Below are positions 1 through 12,045 of a stretch of DNA of 64,000 nucleotides, one piece after another. The stretch spans positions 62,001 through 126,000 of the forward strand of contig QPMI01000642.1 of assembly GCA_004431415.1 (NCBI GenBank). The letters are read 5' to 3'. Source of the DNA: Cyanophora paradoxa CCMP329 (lineage: Eukaryota > Plantae > Glaucophyta). The position numbers were made by a program, and so were the translations under genes. The stretch's first letter is position 1; each line of letters starts with the position of its first letter. Under the pieces are notes generated by a model. It did no database searches. It was not told the origin of the DNA and saw only the letters and a list, made by a program, of their open reading frames with translations.

Positions 1-2856
1 CCTTGCGGCGGGCGACGTAGTCCGCGTCGTTGGCCCGGACCTTCTCCCGGTGCGCCTGCAGCGCCGCCATCGTCTTCTCCATCGCCTGCCGCAGCCGTCA
101 GGCGCGAAAGGCGGCGCCGGGAGGGCCGGGCGGGCTGGGCGCGCCTTGGCGTGCGCCTCGCGCTCCGCGTCGTCCATCTCCTCGAGGTCCGCCGCGGAGA
201 GCTGGGGCACCGGGGGCGCGTCCTCTTCCGGCGCCGGCTCCTCGGGCGCCGCGGCGGCGGCGGGCGGCGGCGGGGAGGCCTCGGGCCCGGCGTCGCCCTC
301 CTTGGCCTTCTTGTCGAAGTGCTCCTTGAAGCCGCTCATCTTCTTGGCCATGAAGTGGCTGAAGAGCTCCGTCTGCTGGAGCAGGAAGTTTAGCTTCCGG
401 TGCTGCCGCCGCGCCTCCCGCTGCTCCTCCTCCCGCTTCCGCTGCTCCGCCTGCTCCTTCTCTGCCCGCTTCGCCCGGTCCGCGATCTCCTTCTCGTGCT
501 TGCGCCAGAAGACCTGCGGCCGGCCGGTCAGGGAGGCGCCCGCATTCGAGAAGCGGGCGGGCGGGCGCACCTGCATCTCGCGGGCGCAGCGCTTGGCGCG
601 GTTGGTGGCCTCCTTCGTGCCCTTCTGCCAGCGGACGGCGCGGCGGCGGAACTCGCGCTGGGCCTGGAGGGCGATGGACTTGCAGAACTTGAGGTGCGAG
701 GCGTGGCCCTGCGCCACGAGGCGCTGGATCTTGGGGACCTCCTTCGCGACGCGCGTCGTCCAGTGCTTGCGCCGCCGCTCCACCGCCTCCTTCTCTGTCC
801 GCTTCCGCTTCTTCGCCTCGAGCTTGGCGCGCTTCGCCTCGTCCACCTCCGCCACCACGAGCTGCCGCAGCTCCGCCTCCTCCTCGGCGTCCGGCGCCAG
901 CGCCGGCACCGTCGAGAGCAGCGCCGCCGAGGCCCCGCCGGGCGTCACGCCGGGCGGCGCCGCCGGCAACGAGCCGCGCGTCGCGTGGCCCGAGGGCGAC
1001 GGGCCGGCGGAGAAGGGCGAGGGGCTCGCGAAGAGGCTGGGGAGGCCGTCCGGCGTGCCGGGCGTGGCGGGGTCGGTCAGGCGCGACTTGCGCTTGCCCA
1101 CCGTCTTGCGGGCCGCCGGCGTGCCCGTCTCCTCGCCGGTGCACTGCCGCGTGTGGATGATGAACCCGCGCGGATCGAACGCCCGGCTGCACTTCGGGCA
1201 CTGCACGCGCCCGTCCGCCGTCCGCGCCGTGTCGATCCCGTCGTACCTGCGCAGGGCGGCTCGGGCGGAGCGGCGGACGCGGGCGGAGCGGGGGCGGGCG
1301 GCGGGGCGCACGTGGTCCGCTGAAGGGCCTTGCGCTTCCGCTTCTCGTTCGGCTGCCCGTCCGCGCCCAGCGCCCTGTTCGACGCCGGCTCCTGCGGGGG
1401 CCCCTCAGGGGCCGGCGGCGGGGGCGCCCGGGGCACCACCGCGGCGCACGAAAGAGGGGTCCTTGTCGTCCTCGGGGTCGGCCCGGGGCGCCGGCTCCTC
1501 CCCCGCTTCCTCCGGCCCCACCGAGAGCTCCGCGGGCGGCCCGTCGCCGTCGGCCGGGAACCCGAGCGAGGGCTGGCGCCCCCGCTTCCCCACCGACTTG
1601 CGGGCGGCGCGGGGCGCGGCGGTGCTCCAGCGGCCGACGCTGTGCAGGTGCCGCCGGGTGCGCCGCAGCCGCCCGAGCTCCTCCTCGTACTCGGGGCCCA
1701 TCGACAGGACCTCGGAGACAGCCGCCGGGTCGTCCAGCTCCTCGTCCGGCGGCAGGAAGGACGGCGAGAACGGGTCCAGCACCATCGCCTCCCCCTCGTC
1801 CGCCGCCGGCTCCCGCTTCAGGTGCGCCGGGCCGCCCTTTGCCGGGCGCCGCCGCTCCTGGGGCAGCGCCTGCTCTAGCAGCACCTGCCGCCCGCCGTAC
1901 GCGGCCGGGTGCGTGTGGAGACCCTCTGCGAAGAAGCGCGGGTCCTTGGCCCGCAGCTTCGCCGCCTTGCGCTCCGTGGCGCGGCTGCGGCGCCGGCGTC
2001 AGCGCCGCGCGGCCGCGGGCGGGCGACGACCGGGGAGGCGCACATGCAGGCGAGGGCGTCCGCTTCCGGATCCTTGGAGTTCTGGAAGCGGAGCCGGAAG
2101 AACTCCTCCACCTCGAACCGCTCGCCGATGCGCGTCACGCCGTCCTGGCCCCCCGCGCGTCGGGAAAAGGAGGCCGGAGGGGGGAGCGGGGGGCGGGCGC
2201 GGCCCGACCTCGTACAGGTCGTCGAAGAGGGGAGGGATAAGGAAGCGGACGCCGGGAGCCACGTCGATCCAGCGGTTCGCGGAGAGCTCCTCCACCCACT
2301 GCCCCGCCTCTTCCTCCCCCGCCGGCGGCTCCTCCGCCTCCTCCGGGCGCTCTTCCTTCGGCGGTACGGCGGGCGAGGTGTCGGGCACCGGCGCGGGCTT
2401 ATCCCCCTCGTCGTCGTCTGGCCCCGGCGCCAACTCCTCTTCTGGGTCTTCCTTTTCCGCGGGGGACGCCTCGGGCGGCGGCGGGAGTTCGCGCATCGGC
2501 AGGTCGGGGCTGCGCGGCGGCGTGTCGAACTCCATCGCCAGCGCCGGGACGTTCGACGGGCCGTCCGACGGCCGGCGCCTGCAAGCGGCTCAGCGCGGGA
2601 AAGAAGAGCCGTGAAGTGGGGGCGCACTCGTCTTGAGCATCTCGTTCAGCCGAGTCCATCGGCTCCTCGCGTGCAGCAGCGTGCGCATCCGCCTCCGCGT
2701 AGTCCTCGTCGTCGTCAATCTCCAAGTTGACCTCGTCGTCGTCATAGTTGTCGTGTTCGTCGTTACCAACGCGCTCTGACATCTGACGACGAGCCGATCA
2801 ACCCCAGAGGCGCGCAAGCGAACGCCACAGCTAACCTGTCTCTCGTCCGTGTCCAT
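1..2856 (-). CDS. INO80: INO80 chromatin-remodelling ATPase, N-terminal part (multi-exon; continues beyond window start)
   Basis: Spliced minus-strand translation gives ...RAKRCAREMQ|VFWRKHEKEIADRAKRAEKEQAEQRKREEEQREAARQHRKLNFLLQQTELFSHFMAKK, the DBINO signature, after an acidic low-complexity N-terminus. The start is uncertain: ATGs at 2856 and 2782, with possible further exons up to ~3200. The ATPase domain is not in the window. Confidence 0.88.
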
Positions 2857-3611
2857 TGGCGAGGGCGGCCCGGAGGGCGTGCGGTCACCGCTCTTTCCCG
2901 CGTGTCCTGCAGCTGCGGAACCGCAGGAAGGCTCTGCAGGGCCGAAGCGAGCGCTCACGATGATGCGCATCCGAATGGCACGCTGGCGGGCCCGCACCGC
3001 TACTCGGTTTCAAATCGCTCTCCGGCGGCTGCATCTGTCGAGGAATGAGATGAGGAAGAGCCCACGCTCGTGCGGACAATCGCCCGAGCCTCATTTAGAC
3101 GATGCGCACGCAGGGACGCACGACTGTCACTGCCACACTTCGACCGCCGCGAACTTTGAGACTGCAAGCTCTACAAGAGTCAGCTACTGCAAGCTCATTT
3201 GGAGCTGCGCGTATAGGCGCAAGGCTTGAAGCGCAAGGCGGCTCACCCGTCGACTTGCCGTGGAACCGCCTTTCAAAACCGCCGCCCCAACCACCCACGC
3301 CCGCGACAGCCCGACCTCCGCTATGGATGGATTACACATGCGCAGAGATGTACAAGGGAAACGCACCACGTTGAACGCACCACACGAACGCGCGGAGACA
3401 CGAAGTTCGAACTACTCGACCGAGGTCGAAGCTGCGCTCCAAGCTGTAGCAAACGCCTCCTCTCGGCCCCCTCCGAGCATCCGGTGCGCAGCGGGGCGCG
3501 GGGCGTTCAATTTGCCGACTTTTGCGCCCTGCAAGACGCGACCCGACGACGGTACCCCCCCACAGACACTTACTACTACTGTCACTTAGTCACACAAATT
3601 CACGCTTGAAA

Positions 3612-5371
3612 ATGCCGGCGCGACTGAGCTCAATAACCGTCCTGGCTCGCGCGTGCTTGCTGGCCTGCTTCCTGGTGGTCCTGCCGCGGTGCGCCCGCCC
3701 TCCTTCTGTTGCGCCAGCTCTCTCCTGTTCTCGGCGGCTGATCGGCGCGCGCAGCGTTGGCGCAGTGGAATCTTTAGTGGAGAGTGTGTGGCCTGCAACG
3801 TACGGTCCCCGGCCCGCCGAACCGCCGGAACAGGGCGATCCGCGGTATAGTCTCTACGAAGCAAGTCAGCCGGCCGACCCCGACGATCTGTGCCAGACGT
3901 ACAGCTCGGTGAGACTCGCATAGGATCACGCCTTCTGCTCTTCATGTGGATCTGACGCGTACCGCGCGCTGCTGCCGGCGCCGCAGTGCCGCGACTGCGT
4001 TTCCCATTACTACGAGTCCGCTCTCGATTTGCGCATCGTTTTGCACGCGGCCGCGGCTGCGAGGCTGACGAATGAGCGGCGCGCGCGCTCGCGCGCTCTC
4101 AGCAACAAGACGTGGCAGGTCTGTCGCTGGTGCGACTCCATCGACGCGTCCCTGCCTCGATGCCGGTGCTTCGCAGGATCTGCGTCGCGCGCGCCCGGCA
4201 GCCTCGCCCAGCGGTTCGCTGAGCATCGAGTTCGATCCCACCGCAGGTCCGACAAGGTCCTCTGCAATGTGGCGGTGCGGCCTTTGCCCTCATTCGCGGC
4301 GCGCGTGCCCTCATTCAAGGCGGCAATGCTAACGGAAGGCGGTCCCGCAGGGGAAGAAGTGGGCGCCGCAGCAGGTCCCTCTCGCCGCGGCGCCCGCCCT
4401 TTAAGCGCCGTACGCCTGCTATTGCAGCGCGAGCAGTGTCTTGACTACGCGGGCGACCGATGCCATGACTCTTCTGACTGCTACAGTGCGCATCCCCGGA
4501 CACGTTGCTGTCGAATGGATCCCAGCTGCAGCGCCGAGTGCCCTGCATCTGACTGCTGTTGCCATTGCGCAGCATGCCAGAACATCATCGAAGAAGGTTC
4601 GTTGAATCTTCCGTCGACGCGCCAGCGGCTCCCTTATGATCATTAGCGCCCTGGCCCATCTGATGATCGCAGGCGTCCGTGTTTGCGCGTGGTTGGCCTC
4701 CGCGCCCTCCCCCCTCCTCTGCCTTGCCGGCCCTCTCGGAGCGTCATAGTCAGCGCTTCTGCAGGTGCCCGGCGCCTGCGCAGGCGTACTGTGCACGGAA
4801 GTCCAACGCCGCGGACGTGCGCTCTGCCCGCCGTCTCCAGCACATCGTTTACGTACAGTGAGCGGACCGGCATGCGCAGACGTGCCCTGTCGAGTTCTTC
4901 TGGGGTGGCGACCAGTGCTCGAGTGAGTGCCCCGGGCCCCCGATGGCTCGCCGAGTCGGCCGGGCCGCTTCTGACCCCTGCTGCTTCCAGACATCACAGG
5001 GCAGTGCGAGATCGCCCAGTCGTGTGCCTCCTGCTTGGCCGTGACGGGCTGCTAGTGCGCCCTTTCCCTGGACGCGCCGCCTCGCTCTGCTAGCTGTTAC
5101 GCACCCGGCCCGGCGGCGCATGCGCAGCTGGTGCCCCGCACTGGCTGCGACGGGCCGGGCCGCCTGCGCGGCTGACGCCGCCTGTGACCCGGGGGCCTGC
5201 CCCACGGGCTGGTACGACGCGTCCCTTTCTCCCAGCTGCCCCGACGCGGTCCGCACCGCGCGCGCCCCTCTCTGCCGCGTGTCGACCTCGGCTGACGCGC
5301 GCGCATGCCGCCGCGCATCCGGTGACCCGCAGGACCGCGTGCAGCCCGTGGAGGAGCCCAAGTGGCTCTGA
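3612..5371 (+). CDS. Secreted Cys-rich protein with ~3 PSI (plexin/semaphorin/integrin)-like repeats, multi-exon
   Basis: Signal-like N-terminus MPARLSSITVLARACLLACFLVVLP. Spliced segments read CQTYSSCRDCVSHYY..WQVCRWCD, CHCAACQNIIEEGVRVCAW and QCEIAQSCASCLAVTGCxWCP..C, fitting the C..SC..C....C.WC pattern. Exon boundaries and stop are approximate. Confidence 0.65.
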
Positions 5372-5621
5372 TCGAAGCCTGCGGCCTCCCGACGACGAGT
5401 ATTTGCAATTGCCGCCTCGGCATAGTCGTTCTCGAGCCCCTCCCCTACAACCCATGGCCATGTACTATAAGAAACCAGTCCCTGCATCCCTCCCCCAGAG
5501 CTTCGGAACCACAGGGCGAATGCCGAGGTGGGAACCACGCGGTTGTTTTCAAGGGTAATAAAACTGTTCAAGAATACAGGAACGGTGGGGGGGAAGGGGG
5601 AGCACGGGATACAGAAGAGGA

Positions 5622-7260
5622 CTAGTAGTCCGAGGACGGGACGTACACGTTGTTCTGGGGCGGGCGGTACTGGCCTGCGGGCCAGCGTCAACGGAGCGCG
5701 GCGGCTCGGCTCCGCGTGGCAGGGCAGGCCGCACCGTACACCATGTAGTACGTGTTGCGCTCCAGGCGCATCTCCGAGTCCCGGAGGCACCACTGCAGGA
5801 GGGACGGGTACATGCGCGGGAAGACCGCGATGCGGGGGGTGATGCCCTGCGGGGAAGGAGGAGGGGCCGTTCAGGGGCGCAGAAGGGTCAGCGTCCAGCA
5901 GGCACGTGCAGGGGCGCACCGCCGCGTTCATGATGCCGGAGACGACGGTGAAGAGCGCCTTCATCACCTCCACGTCGCGGCAGATGGTGTGCCCGTGGTA
6001 CGAGAAGCTCGTCGTGTAGCCTGCCCCGCTCGCGTCAGGCGCGGGGGCCGCCGCGCCGCCCCAACAGCTCTGCTTACCGACAAGCTCGCCGCGGAAGAGG
6101 GCGACGTACGGCCGCGCCGCGTAAATAGCGTCGAGGCACTTCATGATGTCATTTCGCCGGCTGCGTCGCACAGGGGTTAATCGCGAAGGCAGCTGCGGAA
6201 AGGAGAGGAACAGCGCGCCTGAAGCCGTGGGTCTCGATGAAAAGCTCGTCGCATGCGTCGACGTCGCCCATCGTCATAGGGCGCACCTGCAGAAAACGGA
6301 GCGTGATGCGACAGCAAAGTGCTACCACAAACCCGACGGCCACCCACGCACCTCCATGCGGCCGTCGAACGCGTTCTTAGGCACGCCGACGAGCCAGCTG
6401 ACAGTCTCTTGGGGCTTGAAACCGCATGTAGAGAGAATGCGGAAGAAAGAAAGGTTGATGACCTCCGCGAACGACATGCGGACGGAGCGGCAGCCCATCG
6501 TCTCAGCCTTCTCTGTGAACCCCGGGGCACGTCAGCCGAGCGGATGCGGGGCGCGCTGACCACTTGAGCGAACCGATAAGAACCTGAATGACCTTCTTCC
6601 CGATGCCTGAATAAAGGAGGAAGCTAAGCGCAGGCAGCCCGAACCAAAGCCGAAGGAACGAACCGCGGTTCCAGAACTTGGGATCGACGCACAGGCCGAC
6701 GATGGACTTGATCTCATCCTTCTCCATCAAGAAAGCGCTTCCAGCGATGCGGTTGTCGACTCCCGCGACGACCTGGCGAGGGAGAGCTTCAAGCCGAGTC
6801 CCAGCTCGAGTTCAAAAGACAGCGCTGACCCCGTACATCGTCGAGTCCTCAAGAATGAGCTGATAAAGAGCCTTTGTGTCCTCGACCGTGGGAAGAACGG
6901 GCGGCAGGCCATGCTGGCTGTGCATCTGGCGGCCCACACTGCCCAACGGATCAGCGAGGTCGGGAAAAGAGCGAGGCGTGCCGCCGGGCGGAACAGGAAC
7001 GCACTTGTAGGCAATCTTCGACAACGGCTGCGACGCACGAAAGGAAACGAGACGAAGCGTGAGGGCTCGTCAGCAGCCGCGTCGAAACGTGACGAGGGGG
7101 CGCGGCACACATCGATGTCGCTCGGAACCGTGAGCCGAATGGTCAGGTTCAGCGGCGGCGGCGCCTTGACCTTCTTTGATGCCTGCGGAACGCAATCAGC
7201 TCCGTGCGAGGAAGACCACCAAGGCCCGCCCACGCCCGCGAGCAGCCTGGAAGCGCATCG
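5622..7260 (-). CDS. Two-domain GNAT-family N-acetyltransferase resembling bacterial tandem GNATs, multi-exon
   Basis: Exons translate to LTIRLTVPSDID..HGLPPVLPTVE..VVAGVDNRIAGSAFLMEKDEIKSIVGLCVDPKFWN.GIGKKVI (acetyl-CoA motif A), then VRPMTMGDVDACDELFIETHGF..GYTTSFSYHGH..YPSLLQWCL..GQYRPPQNNVYVPSSDY*. Stop at 5622-5624; start uncertain. Confidence 0.78.
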
Positions 7261-7372
7261 TATGACCTAGCGGAAGCTAGAACGGGCGGGCCGAACCATG
7301 GTTTCTGGCTTAGCCGCTTCGCTTCTTGGGGGGTACAGGCGCCGACCACAAACTAGCCAGCTTCGAGCAGCA

Positions 7373-10300
7373 ATGGGTGCGGAGGATCCGGCGGCAAGCC
7401 CGCCGCCCGCCCCGGCGTCGACGATTCCGAAGGGTCCGCCAGCCCCGCATCCGCCCCGCCCGGCTTCTCGTGCTCACTGCTCGTCCAGGCATCATCGTCC
7501 CGCCTCCCGATGTCAGGAGTATCCTTTATGCCGCGAGATGCAGCGCGCCGCCGCGCCGAATGTCGCCGAGGCCGACCTGCCTTCTTTGACCCCGCGACCT
7601 TCCTTCCTCGCGCCCAGACATCATCGACAAGACCGCGCAGTTCGTTGCGAAGAATGGAGAGGACTTCGAGCGCAGGATCATGATGAACGAACGCAACAAC
7701 GTGAAGTTTAACTTCCTGCAGTACGCCGATCCATACAACGCGTACTACAAATGGAAGATCATGGAGTTCCGCGAGGGCAAGAGTGCGAACGATCTGCCAT
7801 CGCCCTCCGCGTCGCGAGTGTCAGGCTGTCAGCTAAGCCCCGCCCGACAGGCGGCGCACCTGCGGCAGCGACGGGTGCCTCGCCGCCTCCCGCACCAGCG
7901 GACTCACAACCTGCGCCTGCGGTAAGAGCTAGCAACCCGGCAACGCCGCGCGCGCCGAACCCTCCCCGGCGCAGGCATCGGTTGCCGCAAAGTCGACCGT
8001 CGAGAAGAAGGCTCCGCCGAAGGAGCCGCCTCCGCCTGACCAGTTCATCTGCTCGCATCCGGATTCGCTTAGTGGTGTCGAAGTGTACGCCTGCTGCCTG
8101 CTTTTGTCTCTTGTCGCAGCGATGACTGATGGGCCATTCTCTGCGCGTTCTCCACAGGGACGTGATTAAGCTGTCGGCGCAATACGTAGCACGAAACGGA
8201 CGCACTTTCCTGCAGAATCTCATCACGCGCGAGCACAAGAACCCCATGTTTGACTTCCTCAAAACCGGCCATCCCCTTTTCTCTTACTTCACCGCCCTCG
8301 TGGACCAATACACGAAGGCGCGTTCCACAGCTCGCGGCGCTCGGGCCGCTTCTCAAACCCGAAGCAGGTTCTCATCCCCGAGAAGACGATGCTCGAGCGG
8401 CTGCGGAAGGACTTCGCGGACAAGGAGGAAATCCTGCAGCGCGCCGTCAAACGCGCGGAGTGGGACCAGGAGCAGGAAAAGAAGCGGAAAGAGCAGGAGC
8501 AGGAGGCCGACGCGGAAAGATGTCCGTCGCGCCCGTCTTCTTGCGCTCGTCGCCCCCCATGACTCCGCGCGCAGCCGCGATGTTCACAATTGATTGGCAC
8601 GACTTCGTCGTCGTCGAAAAGATCGAATTCGACGGCGGTGCGCCGCGCTCGTCGTCCCGTCCGCGCGCGTGCGCTTAGCGCGGGCGCAGACGAGGATCTG
8701 CCGGCGCCCATGTCTGAGATGACCCTGAAGGAGCGCGAGAGCGTGCCGCTGGGCGGCCCGCCAGCGCCGCCGCCGCCGCCGCCGCCCCCTCGGCCGGCGC
8801 CGGCGCCGAAGGCCGCGGACGACATGGACGTGGAGATGGAAGTCGACGACAAGCCGCCGCCGCCGCCGCCGCCGCCGCCGCGGCCGCCGCAGGGGCCGTC
8901 GGTCGCCGCGGAGGCGGAGATGAAGATCCGCACGGACTACAAGCCGGCCGCGGCCGGCGGCATGAGGAAGCTGGATCGCTCGCTCACGCACCAAGTCTGC
9001 CCACGGTCCGCTGGCCTCCCACCCGCGCCCCCCGCCCGCCCCGTGAGCCGCGCGGCAGCTGCGGGATGGAGATCCCCAACGCGGAGATGGCGGAGCACAT
9101 GCGTATCGAGCTGCTCGACCCGAAGTGGCGCGACCAGAAGCAGGTCCGCCCCGCCCCGCCCCGCGCGGCCCCTCCCCGCTCGGCCCCGCCCTGCTCGGCC
9201 GACGCCCCGTCCGACGCGCGGCCGCCCGCCCGCAGATGCTGATTCAGAGGAACCGCGAGACGAACATCGCGACGGACGAGGAAATCTCGAAGAACCTGAA
9301 CATGCTCGCCAAGACCCGCACGGACATCTTCGGCGACGAAGAGGACGAGGAGGCCCGCAAGAGGGCCGAGGAGGAGCGCCGCAAGCGCCTCGCAAGCAGG
9401 GTGCGCCCCGGCGGCTCGGGGCGCGTCGGGCCGGGCCGGGAGCCGGTCCTGGGGGCGGCAAGGATGTCCAAAAGGGATTTATGTGATCCGGGCCCTCCGG
9501 GGCCCGCTGATGCGAACTTTGTTCTTCGGAACACTGAGCCTTCTTTTCGAGCGCCGGGGCCCCTCCACCGCGCGCAGCCCGGCGGAGCGGCCTGACGCCC
9601 GCCCGCCCCGCCCCGCCCTGCGGCAGGTGCTGTGGGACGGCCACATCGGCTCGGCGGAGACGGCGCAGGCAATGGCGGACCGCATCGCCGGCAGCGCCGG
9701 GATGCAGGCCGAGGCGCGGCCCTCCCCCCTCCCCCCGGCCCGCGCGGCGCCCGCTGAGCCCCGCCCTGCAGATCGAGGAGCTTCGCAGGAAGGAGGAAGC
9801 TCGGATGCGGAACGCGCCCGGCCCGAGCCCTCCCCCGCCGCCCTCGGTCCGCCGCGAGCCTCGCCCCCTCCCCGCGCCCGCCCCGCGCCCACGCTAACGC
9901 CCGGGCGCGCAGTCGTCCCCTCCTCCCCCTCCCCCTCCGATGCGGCAGCCCATGCCTCCTCAGGGCGGCCCGCCGCCCTTCCCGCCCCCGCCCGGCATGT
10001 TCCCTCCGGGCATGATGCCCCCCGGGATGCCCCCCGGCATGTTCCCGCCCCCTCCCCCCGGCATGTTCCCTCCAGGTGCGCCGCCCCGCCGCGCCCCGTC
10101 CCGCCCGCCCGCCGACGCCCTCGCCAGGCATGCCGCCGCCCTTCCCGCCGGGGATGCCGCCCCGGGGTGCCCCCGCCGCCCCCGGCGCCGGCGCCGCGCG
10201 AGGCGGAGGAGCCAGACGCGAAGCGGCAGAAGACGGAGGAGGCCGGCGCCGAGCTCGTCCCCGAGTCCGAGTGGGCCGAGCAGCACCCCGTGCGCCCGCC

Positions 10301-10684
10301 CACTCCCCCCCCCCCCCCCCCCCCCCCCCCGGCACCCCGCCCCGCCCCGCCCTCCCGCCGCTCACGCCCCGGCCCCCAGGAGCCGATCCCGGTCTCGGTG
10401 GTGGGCCCGAACGGCCAGTCCGTCTCCCTCACCGTCGCCATCACGGACGCCATCAGCTCGATCAAGGAGAAGATCGCCGCGCAGGCACGCCGCCCCCCCC
10501 CCCGCCCCGATCGCCCCGGCTGACGGGCGGCCGGCCGGCGCAGGTCGACCTGGCGCCCAACAAGCAGAAGATCTCGGTGGCCGGGCGCGGCTTCGTGAAG
10601 GAGGAGCGCACCTTCGCCTACTACAACGTCCCCGCCGGCGTCGTCATCTCCGTGCAGCCCAAGACCCGCGGCGGCCGCAAGTAG
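7373..10684 (+). CDS. SF3A1: Splicing factor 3A subunit 1 (SAP114/Prp21), multi-exon
   Basis: SURP1 PPPDVRNIIDKTAQFVAKNG..FNFL..DPYNAYY; SURP2 DVIKLSAQYVARNGRTFL..FDFLK..HPLFSYFTALVDQY; IDWHDFVVVE; Pro-rich tract; C-terminal ubiquitin-like domain ending KTRGGRK*. Confidence 0.97.
7519..7617 (+). other. U12-type (minor) GT-AG intron in SF3A1
   Basis: 5' splice site GTATCCTTT, branch-like TTCTTTGAC at 7582-7590, 3' CCAG. Removal restores PPPDVRNIIDKTA. Confidence 0.85.
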
Positions 10685-11564
10685 CCGCGCAGGCCAGCTA
10701 GGTAGGGCCCGGAGTCCGCCGTCGAAATTCGAGTTGAAGGAGCTGTACCGATATACCGCGGTACTTGCCAAGCACAGCTTCAAGCGAATTTTGATTCGTC
10801 GAATTTCGCGCTCGGATCGGAGGACGATCCTGCTGGACCTGGTCATGATCATATGCATCATGATTATGAGGCGGCTGTAAATTTAAAGCCAGGCCTGAGG
10901 CCCTGGCCCCTGAATCGGGGCCCTGATCATGAGGCCGGAGGAATTCGAACTTCGGATTCATCAGTTCGGCAAGCTTAAGGCCGCTGCCAGCCTGCCACCG
11001 GCCCGCGCGCTGCAGCTGGATCATCCTCAGGGCCTGAGTTCAACGGTTATGCGCATGCTGGATCATGATCAGCTGCTGCCAGGCTGGATGAACGGAAGCA
11101 TGCGCAGCCTGGCCGGGCCATGGCGGCCGCGCGCGCGCCGGCCCGAGTTCGAATATATGCGCATGCTTTAATTTTAAAGGCTGCTTCCGAGTTCGAATTC
11201 AGTCCGCGGAATCGATCATGATCATTCGATGATCATCGGATGCAGGCGCCGGCTGAGGGGCCAGCACTAGCGAGGGCAGGCTCATCTGAGGACCGCGGCC
11301 GAGCTCGCCGGGCTCGAGCTCGAGCCTCGAGGGCCCGGCGAGGGGCCCGGGCCGTCCCGGGCCCGGCCCGCCCGCGCGCCGTCCGCCGGGCCGGCCCGGC
11401 GGGGCTCGGGGCCGGGGCCCGGGCCGGGGCGCCGCGGCGCCCGCGATCGCGACATGTACAGCCGCGGAGGGCCCGGAAAATCGGCGGAAATTCGGGCCGG
11501 AATCCCCGGATTCCCGGAAGGACGTCACGACGTGAACACGGAGCCTCTGAGCTGAACTACTAGG

Positions 11565-11711
11565 AGACCTTGGGTTATCGCCCGTGTACCAGGAACTCCG
11601 GCCGGCCAATCGCTGTTTGCCGTGTGGCAAAACTCCGGAAGTCCGCGATCCGCGGATCGCGATCGATTGGCCGGCCGGAGTTCCTGGTACACGGGCGATA
11701 ACCCAAGGTCT
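11565..11711. repeat. Perfect 48-bp inverted repeat (arms 11565-11612 and 11664-11711)
   Basis: AGACCTTGGGTTATCGCCCGTGTACCAGGAACTCCGGCCGGCCAATCG and its exact reverse complement, with a 51-nt spacer. Confidence 0.9.
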
Positions 11712-11830
11712 TAAGGCCCGTGTGGCAAAACTCCGACCCAAATTGGCAAAAACTCCGACCAAGGTCTTAAGGCCCGTGTGGCAAAACTCCGATAACCCCG
11801 ATTTGCCGTGTGGCAAAACTCCGACCCAAA
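11622..11830 (+). repeat. Dispersed direct repeats of GTGTGGCAAAACTCCG (4 copies plus a partial)
   Basis: Copies near 11622, 11720, 11775 and 11808; partial TGGCAAAAACTCCG near 11744. Confidence 0.85.
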
Positions 11831-12045
11831 TTACGGGGATTAATTAAAAATTCGAAAAGGCCCATATATATAGTAAACATAATATATATGTGGCAATATA
11901 CAGGCATAAATTGGCTACATGTACATATATATATAATTTAAAGACTATACGACGCTAATTTTCCGATTTTCATGCACGTTCAGTGTAACGGCTGGAAAAA
12001 AGCCTGAAATGGCGCTGGTATCGCTGCCTGCAATGGCCCTGCATG

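Noticed and set aside
50-2614. 854-aa plus-strand ORF
   Set aside because: Antisense shadow of INO80 exons in GC-rich DNA; no motifs.
3100-3600. Short ORFs between INO80 and the PSI gene
   Set aside because: No recognisable product; more likely UTR or upstream exons and a shared promoter.
11622-11830. CRISPR-like array
   Set aside because: 16-bp repeats with irregular, partly repeated spacers, eukaryotic context and no cas genes.
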